From assembly GCA_964252035.1 (NCBI GenBank), contig OZ176200.1: a DNA stretch of 64,000 nt, one strand, 5' to 3'. Origin of the DNA: Podarcis erhardii (Eukaryota). Of the stretch, positions 25,301 through 38,600 are shown in pieces. Below the pieces are notes generated by a model that worked only from the letters and a program-made list of their open reading frames with translations, did no database searches and was not told where the DNA came from. The translations under genes and the position numbers were made by a program. How positions within the stretch are numbered: position 1 is the stretch's first letter; each line of letters starts with the position of its first letter.

Positions 25301-28300
25301 TTCATGGAGAGAAGACCTCCTTCCATTTGTGGACAGTACTGCTATCCAGCAGAGGCTTCCCCTGGAGAAAGGATCCAGTGGAATCCCAATTCCCCCTTTC
25401 TCCTGCAGCCTCCAGTACAAGGTCCCAACCCTCCAAAGCAGATTTTCAGGAGCCAGAGGAAGTTGCAGGGAGAAGGTAAAGGTAAAGGTACCCCTGCCCA
25501 TCAAGGCCAGTCGTGATCGACTCTAGGGTTGCGCGCTCATCTCGCTCAAGAGGCCGGGAGCCGGCGCTGTCCGAAGACACTTCCGGGTCACATGGCCAGC
25601 GTGACGAAGCTGCATCTGGCGAACCAGCGCAGCACACGGAAACACTGTTTACCTTCCCGCTATAAAGCGGTCCCTATTTATCTACTTGCACTTAGGGGTG
25701 CTTTCGAACTGCTAGGTTGGCAGGAGCTGGGACCGAACGATGGGAGCTCATCCCGCCGCGGGGATTCGAACCGCCGACCTTACGATCAGCAAGTCCTAGG
25801 CACTGAGTTTTTACCCACAGCGCCACCCGTTGCAGGGAGAAGGAAGAATGGACAAAAGTCCCCTCTTTTCCCTGACAGTGACAGTATCCCAAGAACAAAG
25901 TTACATACAGGGGATTTTGGATCAAAGCTCTACATTTCAGGAGTCTAGCCTAAAGCTTTGCCAAATCGATTTGTCCAGTTACCAGTCTTTTGAGTTTAAG
26001 TAGGTTAGGCATTTCAGGGGTCTCTTGAACATCTGTAGTTCAGATGTTACTGAACTACAACTCCTATCACACCTACCTAGGGCTGACAACCACCTTCAAT
26101 GGGTCACAAGTTCCCCTATCCCTGTTTTTAATGAAGTTCGTATTCATTAACTTATTGCAAGCTGCTTTGTGAAGGCTTGTATTAAGATGGTATGTGTAAG
26201 TAAATAAACATGTAAGTAAATACATGTCAGTAAATAAACTGCAGAGAGGTGCTGGAACCTCAAAAAAATAAAATAAAAGATCTAGAATTAAAAACCTACT
26301 GTGGACATAATCTTGTTTTTTGTGGTTTCTGTTTGATGGAATGAGGAAAAAAATGAAGTGTTTCTTTTACAAAATATGGAGGACTGGATGCACAGCATTT
26401 ATTTCAAACAGCAATCTGGGAAACTGTGCCAAATAGTTTTCCTTCCGAACAAGAGTAGGAAGTTGACAGTTTCTGTTTATGCAACACTTTGAGCTATATT
26501 ATAATGTTGTATGGCATCGAAGTATTAAGTCATTGTATCCAAATGTATTCATATGTGAAAACACTGTCTGTGTCTCTGTTTCTGTGTGTGTGCTCACTCA
26601 ATAACACTTATCTCTGGGAATACTTTAGGCTTCTAAACAACAGAACCCAGGCTGAGATAATTATTGGTTACTTGCTGATATTGGATACAATGACATAATT
26701 ATTTGCTAAATATTTTAGCAGTGAGGGATCACAAAGTGGGTAGTAATCTTAACATTAAAAATTATACACTAAACCATTCTTGGCATGGTCTGCTGAACTA
26801 TACACTAGTGGAAACTTTTGGGGGAAGTTGTATTTCTAAGGTTTGATGGCTCATAACAGCACTCTTTTTTAGAATAACACCACAAAATAATACCATAAAA
26901 TTATATACCATTAGAAAGATAATTTAATGCAGAATATGATGCAACAAATTCTGCCGAAGTATCTTTATTCTATCAAATGTTATTGCCTAATAACTCAAAA
27001 AAGAAAGCATAGCTGCCTTATGTAAGAAGTGGATTTCCATAACTGAAAACTGACCTAGAACAAACAGAGTGAAAAGCATTGGTTGGTCATCTAGAAAGCG
27101 ATGTAACATCTAACCTGAATCCAGAAAATCTGTGAATCTGATTAAAGAAGCAACCATTGAATAAAGCACAATTGACAGATGCAAAATCCTTGGTTCACTC
27201 CTTGGGACGCCATTGTAGGGCTATAATTGCGGCAAAAGATAACCATACAAAGTACTAAGAGAAATTATGAGAAGCTATGCAATACTTTTTATCAAGGTTT
27301 TCTATGTATAACTTCTTTATTTGGCTATAACTTTTGATAAAATAAAGATAATTAAACAGTTTTTTGCATTATATCCTGTATTAAATTATATTTCTAGTGA
27401 TATTTAATTTCATAGTATTATTCTAATTAAGAGATGTTATTAGCCATCAAACTTCAAAAATACAACTTTTCCTAAAGGTTTCCACAATTTTGGCCATTAG
27501 CGTTTATACTTCGTTACTATTCCTCCAACTGACTTTAAATTTCTCAGTGTTGACTTTTCGGTCTTAATGAAGGATTTACAGCTACCACTGCTACTCTGAA
27601 AACGTATTTAAATGTGCACTATGAATACTTCTACAACTTTGAGGGGAGAGGGAGATTTGGTATTGGTGTTTATTTTGTAAGTTTTTAAAAAATGATGAGG
27701 ATACAGTGCTCTAGTTCTAACGGCACTGAAGAATGGAAAAAGTCCTTCTTAAATATCTTACTACTAAATGAATGACAATAGTTTTTTACTTTCCTTGCAG
27801 TTAAGGATTTGCTTTGGAGCAAACCACTGAATCACCTTGAAGCATCAATTGCCTGATCTTGGTATTGACATAATATGATACATGGCTTTAATTTTGCAAA
27901 TGTTGATGCTGCATTCTTAAAGGCAGCATTGATAAAATACTTTAGAACTCCTCTGGAAAGTATAGCTAAGAAGAAAGATTTGGATCAGAATTATGTTTGC
28001 ATAAGAAGATGTAATAGAATATCCTCTCACCCCCAATTCCAGAGTGACCTTTAGTTTGAATACTTTATTTTTTTAAAAAAAAAAAAGACGCAAAAAGCCA
28101 TTCCTGGAAGTATTTTGAATGCTGAAGTGAGCTATGTAATTATATACTAATCTTACTGTCGATGCAAAAAATATAATGCATAGTTAAACTGGCCAATATA
28201 CAAACCTATAATTTGGGCAGGAATCTTGCATTTCTAGTGTTTCTGAACAAAAATGCATAAAAGTACAGATTATTATTTAGGGCCCAATTATTAAGAAAGT

Positions 28301-29604
28301 GGTGTCTCTCCATTTATTTCCCTGTGTGTCATTGCTTCTCTTTCTTCTACAATTACTTGTAAATAGAAGGGGAAGTGTGTTATGGGAAGTGGTCTGAGCT
28401 GCAGAAACTTTTGGAGACAGTGATGGTTGGTGCACAAGGCCTCAGATTGACTTGGAAAAATTATTTCGAGTTCCTCCATTTTGGGGGGGAAATGTCCAAG
28501 TTAATCTGTGGAGAGTTTGCTCATTTCTACTCTGCTTTGGCTTCCAATGTGCTCAGTGATATTAACATACGTTCCAATCAGATTTAGTGCTATAACAATG
28601 AGAAGGTTTGCACATAAGGCTAGCCAAACCATGGCTAAGGGTGAGTTCATGGGGTTCCCAAAGAAGAGATTGTTGTCATTGCACACCTGCTGCTTGGTTT
28701 AGTGTGTTTTCCAAACCTGGGCTCATGATTTGTCTCCCTCCAGATGAACCATGAGCTGCATTCAAGTGTTCTTTGTTTCACAGCTCATGGTTTGTCTAGA
28801 CAAAGCACAAGCCCTGGTTTGGACAACATGCTAAGTCAAACCATGGCTTAGCTTGCAACGGTGCAGCAGCAGGACTGGGGAGGAGGACAGCAGCTGCAAG
28901 AAGACACACATGTTAAGCCATGATTTGACTGGGCACTACATGCAAACCAGTTCATTGTCTTGCATTCAAATGTTTCTAGTATGAAAATTACCAAGGAAAA
29001 AAATAGTGCTGAAGTTGTACTCTTGTTGTACAGCAGTGCACTGGCACAAAAATACAATCTTTGGGGCATTTTTTAAAAAAAATGTATAGAAACTCACATC
29101 CTGAAATAATTTTTTCATGCTGGAAATATTTTTAGCCCTATAATCAAAACCCATGGACACATTTTTAACTTCAGGTAAATTTGTAACTGAAAAGTAGCAC
29201 ATTTCTTTTAGTGATGTGGATTTCGTTTATTCTATATATAAAAAAAATAATAACTTGGTATTTTTAGTTACTGCAGTCCTTACTTTCTGACCTAAATAAA
29301 TAGTAGAGATTGTCAAATTGTGGCCTGAACACCATGACTTTAATCTTGCCTCTATAGTCAGAGGCAGGTACCATTTACTGCTACAGTTTCTGAGAAGACA
29401 GAGTGGTGTATTGAGAGTAGTGGTGTTCAGTGACACACACATTAGATATCCCAAAATCTACTGCATCTGCTAGAGGAGCTCTGTTTTTTAATTAATTTTA
29501 TAATGAATGATTTTAGAGTGTTGTTTGTGCTGTACTTTTGTACTGTTTTATTGTTGTTAGCCGCCCTGAGCCCGGCTTCGGCTGGGGAGGGCGGGATATA
29601 AATA

Positions 29605-29658
<54 letters not shown>

Positions 29659-32600
29659 TTCAGGATATGCAATCTGAGTCTACTTTAATCATGCAGGCTT
29701 GGAAAGGGAAAAAAGGAAGACAGGACAAAATAAGCTGTAATAGGGCTTGCAATTAAAACATCACATGCGTTTAAATATGTTCTCGTTTACAAGTAGTGAA
29801 ACACGAGGCACTGTATTTCTAGTTTGGTAGTGTTTTATGCAGATCTCTGATAGTGGTTTTTCATTGTTCTGCACCCAGAGCTGCTTAAAGAAAGGGTGTG
29901 GGGGGGTGTGATAAAAATGTAAGAATATGCTTAGTTATACATTACGTTTTTCTTTTTTTAAAGATATTGGGAAGCTATTATGTAGCTACCCAAGTTTACT
30001 AGTGTTCTTGGTTGTTTCCCACTCATGCTGTAATTAGAAAATCCCTATAATGAGTGTGGAGACTAGATGACTTAGATCATGTATTTAAAAATTGTGAGTC
30101 TGTGATATCCCACCTTTCTCATGGGACTTGAAGAAGCATACATAAAGTTTGCCGTGGGAAACATACCTGTTCAACTGTCAAGGTGGATTCACGGGTTACA
30201 GTTTCTAGGCTCACCTTGTCACATTACTGTACAGTGGTACCTCGGGTTACAAACTTAATTCATTCCAGAAGTCCGTTCTTAACCTGGTGCGCATTCCCTA
30301 CATAGGCCTCCTATGGCCCTGGAAGCGGATTGCGTTCATATCCCAGGGCAAAGTTTGCAACCCGGAACACCTACTTCTGGGTTTGTGGAGTTCATAACCC
30401 GAAGCATTCGTAAGCAGGACTGTTCGTAACCCGAGGTACCACTGTAAACTTGAATGCTTGACATGGAATCTGGATCCAGAGTATATGGGAGAATGCTTCA
30501 TTCCCTGTAAGCTCCCCCCCCCCCACTTTTTCATTTAATCAACTAAAGCTCTCCTTAAAGGCAAGGGAAGCTATAGCAGAATGTTGCTTTCTGTGAGAGT
30601 GCACATTCTGTAGAACTTGTTTTTTCTACAGAGAGATTTATCTGGCTAACTTTCTTCAGGTTTTTAAAGGGACAGTACAGACTTCTTTATTCCACAAAGT
30701 ATTTCATATGTTTAACATGCTGGATTTTATTTGACTGTATTTGGCTTTCTTCTGATGTGACCTTGTTTGCAAAAATGTCAATGAAATATTAGCACTGGAG
30801 CAAAGTTGGTAGGTGGCTTTAATGCAGTGGCTGCTTTTATATTTATAGTGGGAGCTATTTTAGGATAGAGTGGTGGTATATAAATTTAAAAAGTCATAGC
30901 AACAAACGAAGAACAAAAAGGAAGTGATGAAAATGTCTAAAATGCCTTGAAGGAGCTCATCAGTGTGTGTACTTAGGAAAAAGAAGCAGATCTTGTTCCA
31001 CTGGTTTTGTAAACTCAAGGGTTAACTCTTCCGATTCTGTTCCAGGAAGTAATAGTTTGTCTGTACAGTGACGCTTTACTTTTATTTTCTGACATGGAGA
31101 GATGGCAAACCGTACACTTCTAAACAAAAAGTGGACTATTAAATCAACATAGCAAGTGGTCTACTTTCAGCAGAGTTCTGCATTTGTAAGTATATAATGC
31201 CAAGTAATAAATGCACTGTGTTTCATAATTGAGAATACATATTCTTTATATCCTGGACAAAGTAAAATGAATGGACCGGAAGGTGGATGGCTTCAATCAC
31301 TCCTAGAGATCTTACTTAGACAATATTCACACCATCCAGTTTGTTAAATAGAGAGAAGGGTGTTTTAAAGTTTGTTTAAACTTATTTTTTCTTGCATTTA
31401 CATGGGGCCAAAGCTCAAACCTGACATAAAACTAAGACTCAGGTAGCATGTGACTCAACGGAATGCACTTTATCAACATTCCTAACCGATAGGGCACTAA
31501 CAGGAGTGCCAGATAAAAGCCTCTGAATTTCTAATTTCCTTTTTGGCTCAGAAGAAGGTGCAGGGAGAAAATCAAGGTGCAGTTACATGAAATCTGGAAG
31601 GAGTTGTTGAACCAGAAATAGGTATGTTAGATATTTTAAAACACCGTTTTTGACGAGGGCTGCTAGTGTTCACGTGTTTAGGCTAGCACACAGGATGGTG
31701 TAGCTCTCCCTTATTACTTATTGCCTGTTTTCAGGGAGGGGACCTGGTTCTGGCCAGGGACAACTGGGCTTGAGTGGTGTGCTTCAGTGTGGTAGGATAA
31801 TGGGGGAAGTGCTAAGCCAATCAAAGAAAATTCTTCTGTAACCAGTGCTTTCAGAGCCGCAGCACATATGAAGTACAGTCAGCTTAACTAAAGACCTAGG
31901 AGATTTTCACCGACAACATACATGTTGTAAAGCTTAGCTGATGAAGTAACTAGTCAAGAATCTAACTTCTCTTTAAAAATAAATAAATTACCATCTTCTA
32001 ATAGTGTGGTCTTGGTGGTCCTACTCATGTTTCGCCAGTCTGTCCAAAAACACAGATTCCAGTGCTTTTAATTTCTAGGACATGTTCAGATTCTTCCTTT
32101 TGTCTGCCATTTCCACTGAGAATTATGCCCAGGGAGAGAGTAGCAGTTGGCTTTGGGCTCACGTAATCTCTCCCTGCCCCTGCCCCTGCCCCAGGCTCCT
32201 CACCCTGGGAGAAACAAACATTATTATTTTTCTGTGTTTATTAGATCATGGGATCTACTTGGCTCTCTCAGGTATATAACCCACAAGTGAAGAAGTGGGA
32301 GGGGTATAGAAGTGTTTGTAGAACTGAAGCCTGTTCTCAGTCTGCCCATTGGTGGTGATGGTCGTGGGTATATTGCCTATGGAGAGCCCTAGTTTTTAAG
32401 TTGAGACGCATGCTGACTAGGGTGCTCAGGTGTCTTTACAGCAGGCGTTCCTCTCACCATAAATGGTGGTATGATGTGTGGGTGGTAAGAGAACGCTGTC
32501 TTGGCAGTCTGCCAGAACTTGCTGTCCTCAAGGCTTGAAACTCATTGAAATGTCTGTGGGATGTCTAATTTGTTGAAATAGAAACCAGTATGGGTGGTCT

Positions 32601-35600
32601 TGGGGAGATTGTTTTAAGTGACCTACGTAGGTTTTCATTGGGGCATATGTTTGTATATGCTGTCATAGTACGTTACTGCATACCAACATGCCTGAAATAT
32701 ACCCACACTTAAGTTTTTCACCCCCATTTTTGATATATTATATAGATTTAGAAGTAGCTAAGACAGCAGTTCTGTCTTTCTGTGTCGGAGGTTTTAAAAA
32801 TGCCACCAGCCATGATTCTGATTAGGCCCCGCTGTTGCTGCTTCTGTTATGCAAAGTAGAAAAAATGACCCTGCATTAAACTATGTATTGAACATAATAC
32901 TTGGTTTGGCCCATAGTGAGATTTGGATGAGGAAGCTACAGTAGTTGGAAACTGCTTGGGGGAGATAGAATTCCATGCCAGATCAAGTAACCCACGGCTT
33001 GGACAAGCTGGAAGCTGTCTTTCACATCTTGTGCTTCCTGTGGGGGTACTATTTTGGGGTAGCTATTTTTGAGCCATTCTTAATAACTTCAGTAGTACAA
33101 TCCTGATATTGTTGTGAAGATGCTTGACTGTTCCCAGTGCCTAGCATTGCTGTAATTCCAAGAGTACCTTTTTGTCATGGTTAAGTGATCAGATGGAAAA
33201 ACTCGTGCCATTCTGTTGCTATTGCATACCCTCTGGGGTTTGCTTCCTGTTTGGGTACTTCTGTTTCAAGGTGTGCATTTTCCCCATTCATGGATGCTGC
33301 ACAGAGCAAGACACTGAGATGGAGATTGCTGCCAGCTCCCACCCCATTTTGTCAAGTGGCCTTTGGCCATTGTGAAAGATGGTAACACAAACTGGTAACA
33401 GTGGCTCTTGGAAATTCGTTGTTTGCTTAAGAAAAGGCATCTGCGCACAGGTATATAAATAAACTGTGCACGTGCCCAGAACAGACAAATGGGGAGGAGT
33501 GGGGGGTGGGGGAAGATCGACTGAGGATAGAGGCAGAAAATCACCACAGAGATACTTTCTGGTGTGCTCTGAATATCCATGGCTGAAAACAGGAATGTGT
33601 GGGACCTGATCTGCCCCTCCCTCCAAAACCCCAGATCTTTGTGACTTCCTGTCTTGAAGAAGCACCCCTAGACATCTCCCTAAGAAAAAGGGGGCCTAGC
33701 AGCTGGCACTTTTTGCTGTGGCAGATGGGAGTTTCTTTCCATGATCAACAAGTTACCCATAGGAAGCATGTCTAGTCTAGGTGGCTTACTTCATGTAGAC
33801 GTTTCTTTGGGGGATTCTGTTAAGAAAGGCCGATAGCTCAGTGGGACAGCTCATGCTTTGGGAGTGACAAGTGATAAAATCCCCACCTTCTCCAGGTATG
33901 ACTGGAAAAGATTCCTCTCTGAAGCCGTGGAGAGGTGCTGCCAGTCAGTGTGGGTCAGTACTGAGCTGGATGAAATAGTAGTCTGACATGGCATGATATA
34001 TTTTCCAAAAGAATAGACACAGTCTGCCTGCTTTAAAGATACTTGGCTATGTTCTTGAGCTTTATTGGAAAATAGCACAACGGGCACACATTTTAGGGGT
34101 GGGTGGGGAGGTGCAGCTAAGTGCTTGTTAGGCATGCAATATGTTCACTTGCCATTTCCCCCTCTCAAGTATTACATGGGTCAAGAGCCAAAGCTAATGC
34201 TGTTGCAGAGAAGAAGAAAGGGACACAACCAAAATGACAAACGGAAACCCACCTTGTTATGGGGATTCAATGAGGAGGGCTGAACCATGTGAACTCCTTG
34301 GAGAAAAAGGCGGGATATAAATGCAACAAGCACACCTTAAGCATTGCTTTGATATGTGCCCTCATGTGACTACAACAATTCCTGAATGCTTCCATCTTCA
34401 GCCAGGAAATGTAAACACGTTGAAGGTATTTTTGCAATCTGTTGATGCATTGCCCCCTCTTGGAAATTTGTACAAGGAACACTTGGCTTTGTGCAGAAGG
34501 GGGCTGTCCTAAAATATTTGTGCCTTTGTGAGAATGGAGTAACCAGCAGTTCTCAAACGGCAGGGCTTATTTTTAGCTAAGTCTCAGCCTTAAATAAATT
34601 GGGAAGCTGAGGAGCGTTCTGATAAACACGAGTAAAACAGAGACAGGAAATAGAGGGTCTTTGGGTAATGAGTTCCAGCCACTCTTGAAACAGAAAGCTA
34701 GTGAAGGCATTACTTGAAAATAGTTTCTCTATGACAGCCTAGCAATTTTTAGCTTGTTATTTTACCATTAAAAGGGAACACTCTCACTGCAGTTTTCAAC
34801 TGCACTACAGAAGCTTCCCTTTCCCCCTCCCTCCCTCCCTCTCTCTTTTTTCCCCTCAGACCATCTGGCATTATGCATCTTTTGAAGCCTTTAGAATGAT
34901 ATTACTGCCTGTTGATGACTGATCTCTGCTTAAAAAAACCCAGATGCTCTCTGGGTTGGGGAGGTGGGGAGACGCTGCCTGAAGTTTGTACAGTTGTGTG
35001 TGTACATTCAGCAGAAGAGTTTAGAAGGAGCCCGGGGGACAATTTTAAGTCAAATATGTACAGACATCCAGCTTGCTAGAGGTAGAGAAACTCAGTGTGA
35101 GTTGGGGAGAGCGCTAGATAGAAAGATTGTGGTCTCTCTCCAGAACAAAGCTCTGAACCCAGGGAATATAATTGCTGAGATGGGCCCGAAGCATGGAGAG
35201 TGAGATTGATATTTACAAACACTTCACGTGGCTAAAGAGGGTAAGTGACTCTTCTGCAGTTCTGTTACTTAACAGCTTTGTGGGTAGAGAAAATGGAATA
35301 CATTAACTTTTTCCACCTCTGTGGGAAGTTATGGCTTGTCCCACAGTCTGAAAATGGGACAGGGGTTGAGGAGAGAACCAATATTCCTTTGTCTTTACAA
35401 AGAACAGTGGGAGTGTTCTGAGTACTGTTTTAATGTGGTATTCAATGATAACTGTCCAAAGAGGGTTTCAGATCTGATCCTAGTTCACAGCTAATGGTAA
35501 AAATGCCTGTGTGCATTTCATGTTACCAGCTTTTCAGGTAACCCTTTCTTTCTTTGTCTAATGTTTGCACATATACTATAGTTGCGTGCTTTTAAACATG

Positions 35601-38600
35601 CAAGCTAACCTGTGGATTTTAAATAATTCAATCCCATTGACCACAATAGGTTTGAAATCAGTTTCTCCCAATTCGTTTTGCATTTAGATCACAATGATCA
35701 TATTAATTTTGTAGTGACTAATTTAAATCCAGTATTGAGAAGCACCTTAACTATATTTTATCTATAGGGGATGTGGGGTAGCAAGGGTAGCATAAGGCAG
35801 AATTTCTTTATCTTCTTGAAGAATTTTTGTTTGTCTCTCTACATAAATGTGCTTAAGGTTGCAGTGAAATACACTTCACAAGGAGTATTCATATCACTAC
35901 TCAGTTGGAATAATGCTAAGTAGTACTGCAACATTCCTCTTCCAAGTGCCTTTGTGTACTAAGGAAAATAATAGACAGCCTTGGCAAAGTGCAGTATTTA
36001 TCATTGGCTCTATTAATGACTAAAGTGAAGTTTAAATGAACTGGGATTACATAGTTGAGTTTTTGCACTGAGGAAGTTTGTTTCACTATGCAATATTATG
36101 AATGTCTACTTATAAGCAAAGCTCATTGAGCTTGATGGTCCTTACTCCCAGCTAAGTAGATACAGGATAGCAGCCTCAGGTCTGCCATTCTGGAGACTCA
36201 AAAGGACAAGAAATGGCAGTTAATATTTTAAAGGATATGTATCTGAATGATAAAATAATGCAAATTTTATTATTTATGTAGGAAGTCTGATTTTAGCTCC
36301 AAAAGTAAATGGTCAGATTACGTATTTAGCATCATATATTTTCAAAGCTAAGTGGTGAAGGTTCATAGTAAGTAGGACATACAGCATTTGCACAAAATTG
36401 ATCTTAATATTGGTTCTCTTCAGCTAAACAAATTTTCAGAAAGCCGGACTATGGTTGCAAACTAAGCTCTGGTTTCCTGTGGCAGAAAGGACATTGACAC
36501 TGTTCAACATTCTTGTGGGAGAACTCATTCTCAAGACTGTGGGCGTAATTGGGATTATATCCAAACACAGTTTGCTAAATATGTGCGCGGTACTCTGTTA
36601 AAACAGCCTGTGGAGTCTCTGCTCTTATTCTGAGGAAATGGAAGTGTGATGGAATGTCAGTAGCTTGTGAGTAGCTTCTTTATATGTAGAGGGTTTTAAA
36701 AGTGCAGAACACTGATTGCAACATGCCTGTGAATAGTAATTCTTAAAGAATGGTTGTCGGGACAGCGGAGGGATGCAGTAAAGACAGAACTTATGTTGTG
36801 GTCCCGTGGGGGATAAAATGAGGAAATGCAGTAAAAGGGCTCCAGGCACTTCTGCATTTCTCCCAGGAAAAAACTTGATTCCCATTGTGCTCACACAAGC
36901 TCCTTTGATAAGTACGGTAATTAAAACATTTGCAGAAAGCTGTGCAGTGAATTCATTCTGATGCCACATGATCCCATTGCTGTTGCATGCTTGGGCACCA
37001 ACTGCGGTGGTAACCTGATGCTCTTTTGGCTGGTAATAAAAGCACTGCTTCCTCCAATAGATGCTGGGGGTGGGGGGTGGGGAGCAGCAAGGGTGAGGAA
37101 CTGAACTGGGCTCCCGTCAGTTCTCAGTCGCATGTGCCAAACCTGGCTCTAGTTTCACGGGATGGGGGAATGAAACGGGCATAACATCAGTTTTGTTATT
37201 GCAAGAGTGCAGAGCCAGGTTTGCTGAATGATTTAGTGGTGAGTTGTAAGGCAGGAGGAAAAGTATGAAGTGGCTAAAATATCCAGTTGATCAAATGATT
37301 CTGCTGCCCAAACCTTTGAACCTACTTGCATTTTATAAGCCATAGAATCTAAGGGCTTATGGTTGCTCTACTTGAACTTGCTTGAAAGTGCCATTCATGA
37401 TTTCTGTAGCACTCCTATCAAATGTCCATGACAAAACACCCCTTCCTTGTAAGCAGTTCCAGCCAAGAAGAGGCTTGTTCAAAGTCCAGTGTCAAGAGAT
37501 CTTGGGCACTGGTCATGTGGCAGCATGCGAAAGGGACAAGTAACTGGAGCCAAAACAAACAGCCTCCTCTATTCTTTGATCATAAAGCAAGAAGAGTTGA
37601 TTTTTCTCTCTCTTATCAAAGAGGCTTTGGTGACAAATAGGGGAGGGATTGGTTATATGTGTACTCACATTTAAGGGGGTGATGTAAATTGGCCACAAAA
37701 AGCACTTCATTACTTTGTTTTAAATTATATATGCATTTGTCCATTTCCATGGATCTCCTTTCCATTAAAGAAATTGTGGCTTCTAGTAAGCAGGATAAGA
37801 CTGCAGATTTGAATAATGGTGATACTTTTATTAATGTAAAGCCATGGTTTGTTCAGCTAAGTTACAGTTTGTTTTAATATCTGAAGCAGAAAAAGAAGGA
37901 AGAATAAACCAGAATCCTTTGAATCAGCAGAGTTTAAAGCTGATTTTCAAACTCTCAGCTTTTCTGTTTTCTCTGAATTGATAGACCATTGGAATGTCAT
38001 GGTTCGGGCTCTGATTCCACTTGAAGAGTGTGTCACACCTTTGGAGACAGAAGTAAACTAATGAAGCTGAGTTCAGAGCAGATGATAGACAAGGGTAGAG
38101 GAGCTCTGAACAATGATTGGCCTGTGATACATCCGGAAACCTGGGCTATGATACGTCAGAGTGCTGCTCCATTCACTTTTTGTAAAGGACTCAGCATAAC
38201 TCCACCACCCACCACCCATCATGGAGCTCTTGCATGTACCAGGACATCTAAAATACTGTAAGCCCATTACTGGAAGCATCAGTATTACAAACAAGTTGAT
38301 GTATACCTAGAAATTTCTTAAAAATCCAGTGCTTGCTGTAATATGAAGAAATTGGTTGTGTAGTAGGCACATTCAAATGAGTGGTCCGCAACAATGGACA
38401 TTAGTTTTTCTCTTCTTGATATTTTTCCAGACATGAGTGCAGATTAACTAAATCCAAAGTCTTCAAAATGGTCTGTAGGGCTGAGCTACTGAACAAATAG
38501 TTGGATGACTACATTTTGTTGGCTCTGCTCTGTTTCCACCTGCCAGTTTGCATTTAAAAGAAAGTCAGAATACATTGAACATGTCTCAACAGCTACACTT

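Noticed and set aside
25101-25948. Cluster of 63-141 aa ORFs on both strands
   Set aside because: Explained by the GC-rich Sauria SINE, which has few stop codons.
27781-27860. Strong-looking acceptor TTTTTACTTTCCTTGCAG at 27800
   Set aside because: The phase 0 frame stops after 9 codons and no convincing donor follows; no support for an exon.
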